From Myxococcota bacterium (GTDB taxonomy: Bacteria; Myxococcota_A; UBA796; CAJQPC01), in assembly GCA_036012755.1 (NCBI GenBank), contig DASCPX010000014.1, positions 1 through 64,000 on the forward strand: a DNA stretch of 64,000 bases. Direction: 5' to 3'. The notes beneath the pieces were generated by a model that had not been told where the DNA came from, did no database searches, and saw only the letters and a program-made list of their open reading frames with translations. Positions 19,959 through 29,129 of this stretch are shown one piece after another. Position numbers and translations under genes: made by a program. Each line of letters starts with the position of its first letter. Position 1 is the stretch's first letter.

Positions 19959-20585
19959 TCAGCCCCCGTTCACGATCGCGTCCATGCCGCCGTCGAAGAC
20001 CGTGATCTCGGGGAGGATGGGCGAGGCGATGTAGATGAACTGCACGAGCGTCGCGAGCTGGATCCCGACGATCACGAGGACCGGAATCGCGACGTGCATG
20101 CGACCGACATCCTTGGGCACCCTCTTGGCGACGGTGCGCACGAGGATGATCAAGCCGACGACCAGGGAGAGGTACACCGCCCCCATCGCCAGCGTGCCGC
20201 CGAGGTAGCCGCTGGTGTGGTAGTAGAGCGCCACGACGGGGGCCAGCACGGCGAGCACGAGCGCCGCGGTGAAGTTCGCGGACGCCAGGCCCATCAGCAG
20301 GTCGGTGGCCTTGTGGCGAGCCCCGAGCAGGCGCCACGTGAGCAGGCCCGCTGGCACCGCGCACAGGGCCGACAACAGGATCACCATCGGCATCTTGTAG
20401 ATGTTCGACAGCGCCAGCGTCGCGTCGGTGCTCCCAGCTGCGACGCCGTAGATCGCTGCCAGCACTATGGTGGCGACGGCCGCCTGGATGAGGAGCCGAG
20501 CCCGCTTGGCAGGACCGTCGTCCTCGCCTTCGACCGTATAGCCGCCGGCCAGGTTGAAGAGGTTGGTGATGACCTGCACGAGCAC
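19959..20585 (-). CDS. Multi-pass membrane protein
   Basis: About 5 hydrophobic helices; start set at GTG 20585 because the longer ORF overlaps the next gene. Confidence 0.7.
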   Translation of the reverse strand: MLVQVITNLFNLAGGYTVEGEDDGPAKRARLLIQAAVATIVLAAIYGVAAGSTDATLALSNIYKMPMVILLSALCAVPAGLLTWRLLGARHKATDLLMGLASANFTAALVLAVLAPVVALYYHTSGYLGGTLAMGAVYLSLVVGLIILVRTVAKRVPKDVGRMHVAIPVLVIVGIQLATLVQFIYIASPILPEITVFDGGMDAIVNGG

Positions 20586-20685
20586 TCCGTTTGGTTCCCA
20601 GTCAAGGTAGGGCGCCGGTTTGGATGCTCTCGGGCAGTCCGCTGAAAGGGCTGCGAAGCCAGTGTGTACGCGAGGTGAACCGGGG

Positions 20686-21876
20686 TCAGACAGCGACGCT
20701 GCGGTCGGGGCGATCCTCGTGCAGGTAGGTCGTGATGCCCTCCGCGACGGCCTCGGCGATCTCGCGAGCGCCCTCGTGGACCGTCCCGTTGGGTCTTCCG
20801 TCGGCACCGAACTCGCAGACGATGTCCTTTCGGACCTCGATGCCGAAGAAGCTCGGTCGCTCCGGGCTGAAGCGGAAGTCCTGCACCACGGCCCAGTCGT
20901 CCTTGCGCACGAAGGCGCAGACCTCTTCGTAGGCTTCCTGGGCACCTCGGAAGGACCGCTCCCGACCAGCAGGGGCCCGGCGGAAGCGGTGGAGGTAGGC
21001 CCGCAGAGCAGCGCTCTCGGTGCTCCGGTGGTTCGTGTCCAGGAGCATCCCCCAGACCATGTGGAAGGCAGGCTCCCTCAGGGTCCCCGGGTGAGCCTGG
21101 ATGAAGCGGCGGCCGACCCAGTCGAAGAAGGTCCAGACCTGGCCTCGGACCTCCAGACTGCCCTCCGGGAGCAGGTAGGGGTAGTCGTGACCGCAGCCGA
21201 TGCCCTTGCGCTCCAGCGTGAGGCTGATCCGGTCGCGCAGCACCCGGTGAGCCGTGAACTCGCCGAGGATGTGCGGATAGATCGGGTCGAAGGCCGTGTG
21301 CGTGACCCCCGAGTCGTGATCGAAGCCGTCGACCCGGTTGATCAGGGAGACCTTGGGGCGCAGCGTGCCGTTTCGGTTCCGGGGGTCGTAGGTGTGTACC
21401 GCGAGCTTGATGAGTCGGCCGCGCACACGCCCGTCGAAGGCCGCGGACACACCGTCGTACCAGGTCTCCAGCAGATCGCGCTTCTGCTCGTGACCCAACA
21501 GAGCGGAGAAGGGGTGGTTGATCGCGAAGCGTCGCAGGTGCCCCATCACGCCCGCCGTGCTGCCCGGGAACCGGGCGAAGTCCATGAGCACGCGCGCAAG
21601 CGACACAGAGTAGAAGCCCTCCAGGCCCAGACAACGCGAGATCTCCCCGGCGACGAGCTTCGCGCCCCAGTCGCGCTCGGCCACGAAGCGCCCTGTGTAG
21701 GCCTCTGGCGGGATCGTCCGACCCAGTGCGTCCGCCAGGTATGCCTCTGGAATGACGTCGCCGTCGTGGACGACGTCCACGAGTATTCGGCCCTCGTAGG
21801 CGCTGGGGATCTGCCAGGTGGTCTCGCCCTCCGCCGGTACGAACTCGAGGGGGGCGCGCTCGCGGTGGGAGATCAC
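20686..21876 (-). CDS. N-formylglutamate amidohydrolase-like protein
   Basis: VHDGD.IP, ERDWGA, ARVLMDFARFP, AVHTY, late catalytic-like IEVRKD. Confidence 0.65.
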   Translation of the reverse strand: MISHRERAPLEFVPAEGETTWQIPSAYEGRILVDVVHDGDVIPEAYLADALGRTIPPEAYTGRFVAERDWGAKLVAGEISRCLGLEGFYSVSLARVLMDFARFPGSTAGVMGHLRRFAINHPFSALLGHEQKRDLLETWYDGVSAAFDGRVRGRLIKLAVHTYDPRNRNGTLRPKVSLINRVDGFDHDSGVTHTAFDPIYPHILGEFTAHRVLRDRISLTLERKGIGCGHDYPYLLPEGSLEVRGQVWTFFDWVGRRFIQAHPGTLREPAFHMVWGMLLDTNHRSTESAALRAYLHRFRRAPAGRERSFRGAQEAYEEVCAFVRKDDWAVVQDFRFSPERPSFFGIEVRKDIVCEFGADGRPNGTVHEGAREIAEAVAEGITTYLHEDRPDRSVAV

Positions 21877-21886
21877 GGGTGGGACT

Positions 21887-23350
21887 CTAATCCCGCTTGG
21901 GGAGCTTCACGACGAAACATGCCCCGGCGGCGTCGCCTCCCCGCGGCGGGTCCACCCCCACCGTGCCGCCATGGGCCTCGACCACAGCCCGGGTCATCGC
22001 CAGGCCGAGCCCGGTCCCTCCACGTCCGCTCCGGCGAGTGAAGAAACGCTCGAAGATCCGCTCGCGGTCGGCCTCTTCGACCCCGGGACCGGAGTCCCGG
22101 ACCGTGACCACCCAGCAGTCGCGTTCCGGTGCCACCAGCACGCGCACCACCCCGCCCTGCCCCGCAAAGGAGGAGGCGTTGTCCACGATGTTCCGGAGCG
22201 CGGTCTCGAGCTGGGAGGGAGCCCCCAACACGATCGCGTGCTCGGGCGCGTCCAGGTACCGCCGCTGCTCCGAGTAGCGCTCGTCCTGGATGTCGAGGAG
22301 ACCCCTGACCAGGCCGACGAGATCGACCTCCTCTCGCGCGACCTCCTTGAGGCCCGCCTCGGCCCGCGCCAGCTCCAGGAACCGCGTGAGCTGATCATCC
22401 AGGCGCTGGCTGGAGTCCCTGACGATCCGACCGAGCCTCTGGGCGCGCTCGGTGTCCAGCGGACCGTCCATTCGCTCCGCCGCCACGCGGATCGCCGCCA
22501 CCGGGTTCTTCATCTCGTGGGCGAGGTCCTCTACGAAGCTCTGGTAGTCGTCGTTCCGCTGCCGGAGTGCATCGAGGAGCTCGTTGAAGGCCCTGGCCAG
22601 GTCGCCGATCTCGTCCTCGCGATCGAGCACCACGGGCTGGGTCGAGACACGGGGGCGGGTGCGGTCGAGGACCTGGCGCCTCAGCTGCTCGACGGGCCTC
22701 ACCATGCGCCAGCCGAGCCAGGCCCCGAGCAAGCCGGCGAAGAGCACCTGGAAGAGCGTGAGCTTCGCGAGCTGGTAGCGCTGGTCGTAGAGGGCCCGGA
22801 TCGCCCGCCGGGAGGACTCCTGGGTGTAGATCACCCAGATCCCATCGGACCGCTCGACCCTGCGGGCGCTGTAGCAGACCAGCAGCTTGGCGCCCGGGCT
22901 GTGCTCACAACCGGCGGCGCTCCCGGTGGCCTGGGCCATGCTGACCTCCAGGCGGCGATCGACCGCCGGGAGACCAGCGTCGTAGGCAGCCAGGGTCGGC
23001 GCGTCGTCCGCGGCGAAGAAGATCGAGCCAAAGACGAACAGGAGCCCCTCGCCGGCCTCGTGGTCGATGTCGTGGACGATGTTCCCGTCTGGATCGAGCA
23101 GGCGGATCCTCACCGCTCCTGCCCTAGCGACCCCCTCGATCTGTGTCCTCAGCCGCGCCTCGTTGACCTCGTCGTCGAGGAGCGCCTCCACGCGGTCGGC
23201 GGCGTAGCTGGTCTCCTCCAGCATCTGGTCCCCGACCGTCGCGTCCGCCAGGTTCGAGATCCAGACGAAGACCATCGGAGCCATGGCGACGGCGATGGCG
23301 ACCGCCAGGGCCCTCCACCACAGGGAACGGGGTCGCCTCAGCCGCGCCAC
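21887..23350 (-). CDS. Membrane sensor histidine kinase with HAMP domain (CreC/ChvG-like)
   Basis: DEIGDLARAFN, LAHEMKNP, NIVDNA, DSGPG, IFERFFT, GTGLGL. Confidence 0.95.
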   Translation of the reverse strand: MARLRRPRSLWWRALAVAIAVAMAPMVFVWISNLADATVGDQMLEETSYAADRVEALLDDEVNEARLRTQIEGVARAGAVRIRLLDPDGNIVHDIDHEAGEGLLFVFGSIFFAADDAPTLAAYDAGLPAVDRRLEVSMAQATGSAAGCEHSPGAKLLVCYSARRVERSDGIWVIYTQESSRRAIRALYDQRYQLAKLTLFQVLFAGLLGAWLGWRMVRPVEQLRRQVLDRTRPRVSTQPVVLDREDEIGDLARAFNELLDALRQRNDDYQSFVEDLAHEMKNPVAAIRVAAERMDGPLDTERAQRLGRIVRDSSQRLDDQLTRFLELARAEAGLKEVAREEVDLVGLVRGLLDIQDERYSEQRRYLDAPEHAIVLGAPSQLETALRNIVDNASSFAGQGGVVRVLVAPERDCWVVTVRDSGPGVEEADRERIFERFFTRRSGRGGTGLGLAMTRAVVEAHGGTVGVDPPRGGDAAGACFVVKLPKRD

Positions 23351-24024
23351 CGATAGCCGGCGCCGATGACGGTCTCGATCTCGTCGAAGCCGGGATCGAC
23401 GACCTCCAGCTTGCGGCGCAGGCGCCGGACGTAGGTGTCGATGATGCGCTCCGCGACCACCGAGTCGTCGCCCCGCGCGAGCTCCATGAGGCGATCGCGG
23501 CTCAGCACGATGCCCGGCCGCGAGGCGAGCGCAGAGAGCAACCGGAACTCGGTCACCGTCGTGACGAGGAGGGCCTCGGCGTAGCGGACCTCGAGCCGAT
23601 CCGGATCCAGGCTCAGCCTGCCGGCGGTGACCTGCTTGCCGCTGGTGTCCGAGGCCCGCGCCGCCTCCCGCCTCAACAGCGCCTTCACCCGGGCCAGCAG
23701 CACGCGCGTGTTGAAGGGCTTTGCGACGTAGTCGTCGGCGCCGAGCTCCAAGCCAAGGGTCTCGTCGATCTCGTTGTCCCGTGATGTGAGCAGGATCACG
23801 GGCACGTTGTCGCCCGACTCACGCAGCCTGCGACACAGGGAGAAGCCGTCGAGGTGGGGCATGTTGACGTCGCTGACCAGGAGCGCAGCGGGCCGGGCCC
23901 GGTGCTTCGCGAGCGCCGAGGCGCCGTCGGATGCGCAGACGACCTCGTAGCCGGCGTCCTCGAAGGAGAGCGCCAGCACGTCCAGGAGCGAGGCGTCGTC
24001 ATCGATCAAGAGGATGTGACTCAC
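23338..24024 (-). CDS. OmpR-family response regulator
   Basis: ILLIDDD, SDVNMP, GADDYVAKPF, IDTYVRRLRRKL, IETVIGAGY. Confidence 0.95.
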   Translation of the reverse strand: MSHILLIDDDASLLDVLALSFEDAGYEVVCASDGASALAKHRARPAALLVSDVNMPHLDGFSLCRRLRESGDNVPVILLTSRDNEIDETLGLELGADDYVAKPFNTRVLLARVKALLRREAARASDTSGKQVTAGRLSLDPDRLEVRYAEALLVTTVTEFRLLSALASRPGIVLSRDRLMELARGDDSVVAERIIDTYVRRLRRKLEVVDPGFDEIETVIGAGYRWRG

Positions 24025-24107
24025 CACCAGAGCCTATCCGCTCTACTCTCAGGAGAGTGACATGCCACCCTCGTCAGCGTCCTGGGAAGAGACACTGGCC
24101 TCTGTGA

Positions 24108-24188
24108 CACGAGTGGACGAGCGCCTGGATACTGGCCGTCGCGCTGGTCGTCGCTGGACTCGCCGCGGCGGCGTGGATCCTCCTCTGA
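24108..24188 (+). pseudogene. 3' remnant paralogous to the C-terminal TM helix of the adjacent PilZ gene
   Basis: HEWTSAWILAVALVVAGLAAAAWILL* versus YMATWILAIAIALAGFVAAAALLL*. Confidence 0.5.
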
Positions 24189-24237
24189 AAGCAGGACGGA
24201 AGACAACCTCGCTCCGCGTCTGACAACCTCTTCGCGC

Positions 24238-24678
24238 ATGAGCGCCGATACCGAGCGTCGCGGTCATCCTCGCCAGGCAGTCGACGCCTGGGTCGAGGTC
24301 CGCCAGGCCACGACCTGGAGTTCGTGGCAGGTGCTGGACCTGTCCAGGACCGGCCTCCGCGCGACAGGCCCCCTCGGCGTCGACATGAACCGCGCAGTGA
24401 CCATGCGGCTCCATGTCCGCGGCTACACCTTCGACGTCGACGCACTGCCGGTCTGGCAGCTGGACGAGTCCGACGTCTTCGAGCCCCATCACGGCTGGAG
24501 GTTCTGCGCGATCTCGTCCGGCACCAAGCGGCAGATCAAGCGAGCCCTCGCCGCGCCTCCGCACCTGAGCGGTTCCCCGCCCGGCGTGCCCGTGGTGCCG
24601 TCGTACATGGCGACCTGGATCCTGGCGATCGCGATCGCCCTGGCCGGGTTCGTCGCGGCCGCGGCCTTGCTGCTCTAG
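24238..24678 (+). CDS. PilZ domain protein with C-terminal TM helix
   Basis: ERRGHPR and DLSRTG c-di-GMP-binding motifs. Confidence 0.85.
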   Translation: MSADTERRGHPRQAVDAWVEVRQATTWSSWQVLDLSRTGLRATGPLGVDMNRAVTMRLHVRGYTFDVDALPVWQLDESDVFEPHHGWRFCAISSGTKRQIKRALAAPPHLSGSPPGVPVVPSYMATWILAIAIALAGFVAAAALLL

Positions 24679-24691
24679 CCAGGGGACAGAG

Positions 24692-27148
24692 CTACCAGCT
24701 CGTGTCACCCACCAACAGCGGCGGGCCCCAGATGCCGCCCTTGCTGATGTCGTCGCGGTCGGTCGTGTCGTACCCCGAGGCGCTGCCCCAGTAGATGTAC
24801 GAATCACCCGAGTAGCCGCTGCCGTTGTAGTAGCTGTTGAAGACCAGCTCCGGGTAGCCGTTGCCGTCGAGGTCGCCGATGGCGAGACCGATGGGGCCTT
24901 CGGTGTCGAGCTCGGTGGAGTCGGAGTCGTCCGGTCCCGACGAGGAGCCCCACCAGACCACGCTATTTGTCGAGTAGCTGCTGTCGTAGTAGACGGCGCA
25001 GATCACCTCGAGGTAGCCGTCGCCGTCGAGGTCCTCTGCCTCGACCCCGTGGCAGCCGGTCGCACTCAGCGCGGTGTAGACCGAGGTGGAGAAGCCGGCG
25101 CTCGAGTTCCACCACACGAAGGTCGAGCCCGCGTAGCCGCTCACGACGATGTCGTCGTAGCCGTCGGCGTCGACGTCGCCGATGTCGAGGCTGCGGGAGT
25201 AGTAGCTGCCGAGGGTGTCGACGTAGCTGCTGGAGATGCCGCTGGAGGTGCCCCAGTAGATCTGGGAGTACCCATCGGCCCGGGCCGTCGCGACGTCGTC
25301 GTAGCCGTCGGCGTTGAGGTCTCCGACCTCTGTGTCGTAGCAGTAGGTCGAGCTCACCGTGTCCGAGGTCGTCCAGGCGGGCCCGTAGTAGACGTAGCTG
25401 CTGCCGACGTAGCTGCAGAGGAAGAGATCGGTGTTGCCGTCCCCGTCGAAGTCACCCGAGGCGACGCTCGAGACGGAGGCGGTGGTCAGCGTGTCGGAGT
25501 CCGAGGCGTCGTAGCCGGTGGACGAGCCGTAGAAGATCCAGGAGGTCGTGCCGTAACCGCCGCTGTCGTAGTAGCCGCCGAAGACCAGGTCGGTGTAGCC
25601 GTCGGCGTCGAGGTCCGCGACGTGCATGCGCCAGGCCCCGTCAGTGCCGAGCTCCGTCACGTCGCTGGAGGAGTAGCCGCTGGCGCTGCCCCACCAGACC
25701 TGCGAGTCGGAGGCGTAGCCACTGTCGCCGTAGTAGCCCGCCATGACGAGGTCGACGTAGCCGTCCTGATCGAGGTCCTCTGCCCGGGCATCGAGCACGC
25801 CGGCGGTGTCGATGTCGGTGCCCGTCAGGCTGGCGTCGTACCAGGTGCTGTCCGTGCTGTAGCCGGAGGCGCCGTAGTAGTTGTAGAAGACGACGTCCGG
25901 GACGCTGTCGCAGTCGATGTCGTTGCAGCCGTCGGCCCCGTCACAGTTGCTGTCGGTGCTGTCCCCCGGCGTCTCGCTGGCGCCGGGATGCACGCTCGAG
26001 TCCGTGTCGTCGCAGTCGTTGTCGTCGTCCGTGTAGCCGCTGGGTTCGTCGCAGGCTTCGCCGGTGGTGGAGGAGTCGCCGTAGCCGTCCCCGTCGCTGT
26101 CGGCGTACCAGGTGCTGGCGTCGAGGGCGTCGTCCTCGTCCGTGTCGCCGTCACAGTCGTTGTCCGCACCGTCGCAGTACTCGTCCGCGTCGGGGTTGAC
26201 GTCCTCGTCGAGGTCGTCGCAGTCCTCTGAGTTCTCGACCGTGCCGCTGGGCTGCTCGCACTGGGTGTAGCTGTAGCTGGTGCCGCCGTAGCCATCGCCG
26301 TCAGCGTCCACCCACCAGGTCTCGGCGTCGATGGCCGAGTCCTCGTCGATCTCGCCATCACAGTCATCGTCGAGGTCGTTGCAGAGCTCGTCCGCGTCGG
26401 GGTTCACCGAGGCGTCCGAGTCGTCGCAGTCGTCGCCCTCCGAGGCGTAGCCGCTGGGCTCCTCGCAGGCCTCGACCGTCTCCGAGGTGCCGAAGCCGTC
26501 CCCGTCGCCGTCGAGAAAGAAGGTCTCCAGCAAGCCCTCGTCGACGAGGCCGTCGCAGTTGTCGTCGATCTCGTTGCAGACCTCTGTGTTGCCCGGCCAG
26601 ACCTCGGCGTCGTTGTCGTCGCAGTCCAGGTCGTTGCCGACGTAGCCGTCCGGCGGGTCGCAGTCGTCGAGAGCCAGGTCCGGATCGCCAAAGCCGTCGC
26701 CGTCGTTGTCCCCGTACCAGGCCTCCTGCACGTCCTCGTCGACCGCTTCGTCGCAGTCGTTGTCGACCCCATCGCAGCGCTCTTCTGCGCCCGGGTAGGT
26801 GCGGCTGTCCGAGTCGTCGCAGTCGTCCGCGTTGTCCGCCGTGCCGCTGGGCTGGTCGCAAGCCTGGACCGTCTCGCCGCCGCCGTAGCCGTCCCCGTCG
26901 CCGTCGAGGGGCCACTGGTCGCCGACACCGTCGTCGACGTCGCCGTTGCAGTCATTGTCGACGCCGTCGCAGACCTCTGAGTTGCCGGGGTAGGCGGAGA
27001 CGTCGTCGTCGTCGCAGTCTTCGCTCGCTGGAGAGCCATCTCCGTCGTTGTCGATCTCGTCGATCAGCGAGGAGTCGTCAGTGCGGGGGCCAGTGTCCTC
27101 GTAGTCCTTGTTTCGGCAGGCGAGGGTCGACAGTGCGAAGAGCAGCAT
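24692..27148 (-). CDS. Lipoprotein with six putative metal-binding (Cys/Asp) repeats and an FG-GAP/VCBS propeller
   Basis: STLAC lipobox; six DCDD...PG..E.C.G.D.DC.G units; repeated DLDxDGYxDL. Confidence 0.9.
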   Translation of the reverse strand: MLLFALSTLACRNKDYEDTGPRTDDSSLIDEIDNDGDGSPASEDCDDDDVSAYPGNSEVCDGVDNDCNGDVDDGVGDQWPLDGDGDGYGGGETVQACDQPSGTADNADDCDDSDSRTYPGAEERCDGVDNDCDEAVDEDVQEAWYGDNDGDGFGDPDLALDDCDPPDGYVGNDLDCDDNDAEVWPGNTEVCNEIDDNCDGLVDEGLLETFFLDGDGDGFGTSETVEACEEPSGYASEGDDCDDSDASVNPDADELCNDLDDDCDGEIDEDSAIDAETWWVDADGDGYGGTSYSYTQCEQPSGTVENSEDCDDLDEDVNPDADEYCDGADNDCDGDTDEDDALDASTWYADSDGDGYGDSSTTGEACDEPSGYTDDDNDCDDTDSSVHPGASETPGDSTDSNCDGADGCNDIDCDSVPDVVFYNYYGASGYSTDSTWYDASLTGTDIDTAGVLDARAEDLDQDGYVDLVMAGYYGDSGYASDSQVWWGSASGYSSSDVTELGTDGAWRMHVADLDADGYTDLVFGGYYDSGGYGTTSWIFYGSSTGYDASDSDTLTTASVSSVASGDFDGDGNTDLFLCSYVGSSYVYYGPAWTTSDTVSSTYCYDTEVGDLNADGYDDVATARADGYSQIYWGTSSGISSSYVDTLGSYYSRSLDIGDVDADGYDDIVVSGYAGSTFVWWNSSAGFSTSVYTALSATGCHGVEAEDLDGDGYLEVICAVYYDSSYSTNSVVWWGSSSGPDDSDSTELDTEGPIGLAIGDLDGNGYPELVFNSYYNGSGYSGDSYIYWGSASGYDTTDRDDISKGGIWGPPLLVGDTSW

Positions 27149-27151
27149 GGC

Positions 27152-28600
27152 TCAGTCTCCGAAGAAGATGTGAACGGTACCAACGTCGTAACCGCCATCG
27201 AAGTTCTCGTAGCCGCCGCCCACGACGAGGTCGGCGGGCCCGTCACCGTCGAGGTCGCCCACGGCGAAGGCGCCGCCGATGTAGTCCTTGACGCTGCCGC
27301 CGTGGACCTTGCGATCGACCTCGGCGACCGGGATGTCCTCGCCGAAGTCCTCTGCAGAGGCGACGTAGGCGCGCCCGCCCTTCGTCACGAGCCCGCGCCA
27401 GGCGCTGACAGAGCCCATCACGAGTTCGTCGTCACCGTCGCCGTCGAGGTCGCCAGCCCCCAGCCCGGTGCCGAGCTGGAAGTCGTGGTACTCGCCCAGG
27501 AAGCTCCCGATCTGGGCCCTGTCGGAGTACACGTAGACCTTGCCTGCGGAGGGGTCGGCCTGGTCGTTCAGCGGCGCTCCGACCGCCAGCTCCGAGACCC
27601 CGTCCCCGTCGAAGTCACCAGCGGTGAGCTTGAAGCCAAAGGCGTCGTAGGTGACCTCGCCGTCGATGTAGTCGTCCCAGGTCGCCATGGCGACCTCGCC
27701 CGTCTCGTCGCCGCCGCCCGGGATGATCCACACCCGACCGTCGTAGCCGTTGCCGTTGGGCGCCCCGATCGCGAGGTCCTCGCGACCGTCCCCGTCGAAG
27801 TCGCCGTGGGCGAGATCCTGGCCGCAGGCCTCGACGGAGCCCTGGCCGACGTAGGCCACGTCGGCGTCGTCGAGGCTCCCGCCCGACAGGCTCGCGGACC
27901 CGGAGAACACGTAGACACGGCCCCTGTCGGGGTCGTCCTCGTCGTCCCTGATCCCGCCGGTGACGAAGAGCTCCGAGAGACCGTCCCCGTCGAGGTCGGC
28001 GCCGTCGACGTCCCAGCCTGCCCGGCCGTATTCGATGGACCCGGTCCAGGTCGCGGCTGCGACGAGCTCCGTGAGCTCCGGACCGCCGAGGATGAGGGTG
28101 GCCGCGCCCTCGTTGGTCTGGGTCGAGCTCAGCCCCATCGCGCCGACGAGCATGTCGCGATGCCCGTCGCCGTCGGTGTCGCCGATCACCGCGACGGAGC
28201 TGCCGAGGTAGCCGCCGGCGACCGTGCCGAAGAGCTCGACTGCGGGCTCGTCCGCCGAGACGCCGGTGCCATTGAGCAGCACGATCCGGCCCGCGTTGGA
28301 CTCGGTGCCGTCATAGCGATGGCCCGGCGCCCCGATGAGGATGTCGTCCCGGCCATCGTTGTCCATGTCCCCCGCGTCCACGGACATGCCGTAGTACTCG
28401 TAGGAGTGACCGCCGGTCCACGTGCAGGGGCTCTCCAGCACGCAGACCTCGCCGGAGAGCGACAGGCGCTCCTCGCCGCAGCCCGCCTCCGGCTCCACGC
28501 TGTCGCTGTCGTGGGTGTCCGCGGTGGAGTCGACAGCGCTCTCCGCGACGACAGGGCTGTCTCCGCTCGGGTTCTTGCACGCGATGAGGAGCCAGATCAT
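27152..28600 (-). CDS. FG-GAP (integrin alpha-like) repeat lipoprotein
   Basis: MIWLLIAC; about 7 GD.DGDG..DL..GAP repeats. Confidence 0.9.
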   Translation of the reverse strand: MIWLLIACKNPSGDSPVVAESAVDSTADTHDSDSVEPEAGCGEERLSLSGEVCVLESPCTWTGGHSYEYYGMSVDAGDMDNDGRDDILIGAPGHRYDGTESNAGRIVLLNGTGVSADEPAVELFGTVAGGYLGSSVAVIGDTDGDGHRDMLVGAMGLSSTQTNEGAATLILGGPELTELVAAATWTGSIEYGRAGWDVDGADLDGDGLSELFVTGGIRDDEDDPDRGRVYVFSGSASLSGGSLDDADVAYVGQGSVEACGQDLAHGDFDGDGREDLAIGAPNGNGYDGRVWIIPGGGDETGEVAMATWDDYIDGEVTYDAFGFKLTAGDFDGDGVSELAVGAPLNDQADPSAGKVYVYSDRAQIGSFLGEYHDFQLGTGLGAGDLDGDGDDELVMGSVSAWRGLVTKGGRAYVASAEDFGEDIPVAEVDRKVHGGSVKDYIGGAFAVGDLDGDGPADLVVGGGYENFDGGYDVGTVHIFFGD

Positions 28601-29103
28601 GGCTCACCTCGCAGCCGATCGACCTCTTCGATGAAGCGGTCCTCTTCCGAGCCGGACACATCGAGGTAGTAGTGGAGCCACTTCAGGGTGCCCTCGTCAT
28701 CGACGAAGTAGACGTACCACTTGCTCGCGCCGTAGGTGTCGTAGGCGAGGTCCTCGACGTCGTCCTGCAGGACCGGGAGCGACATGGAGCTGGTGAAGTT
28801 CGGGAGGTCGGCCTCGTACCCGATGCCGTTCACGATGAGGATCTGGGTGTCCTCGTGCCACTCGGGGTGCTCATCCCAGATGACCTGGAGCGCCGCGCCA
28901 TGGGACTGGCAGACGCCACAGCTGGCGTGGGCCCAGTAGATGACGATGCTCTTTCCGCGAAAGTCCTGAGGGCCGAGCTCGGTGTTGTAGGTCGTAGAGC
29001 CGGGGTTCAGATCGAAGAGCGCGATGTCCGGGACCAGGGGCTCGACTTCCCCGCAATCGGTCGGGGTCTCGGCGAGGGCTGCGCCGAGCAAGGCGAGAAG
29101 CAT
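28597..29103 (-). CDS. Secreted redoxin / thioredoxin-like protein
   Basis: Signal MLLALLGAALA; WAHASCGVC CxxC motif; ATGA overlap with the FG-GAP gene; GAGG Shine-Dalgarno. Confidence 0.8.
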   Translation of the reverse strand: MLLALLGAALAETPTDCGEVEPLVPDIALFDLNPGSTTYNTELGPQDFRGKSIVIYWAHASCGVCQSHGAALQVIWDEHPEWHEDTQILIVNGIGYEADLPNFTSSMSLPVLQDDVEDLAYDTYGASKWYVYFVDDEGTLKWLHYYLDVSGSEEDRFIEEVDRLRGEP

Positions 29104-29129
29104 GGGGACACCTCGGACAACGGCGCAGC

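Noticed and set aside
25900..27060. Repeats as a DGR template/variable pair or a DNA repeat element
   Set aside because: They are diverged protein-coding repeats, and there is no reverse transcriptase in the window
28597..29103. Selenoprotein redoxin
   Set aside because: Both CxxC positions are ordinary Cys codons; no in-frame TGA
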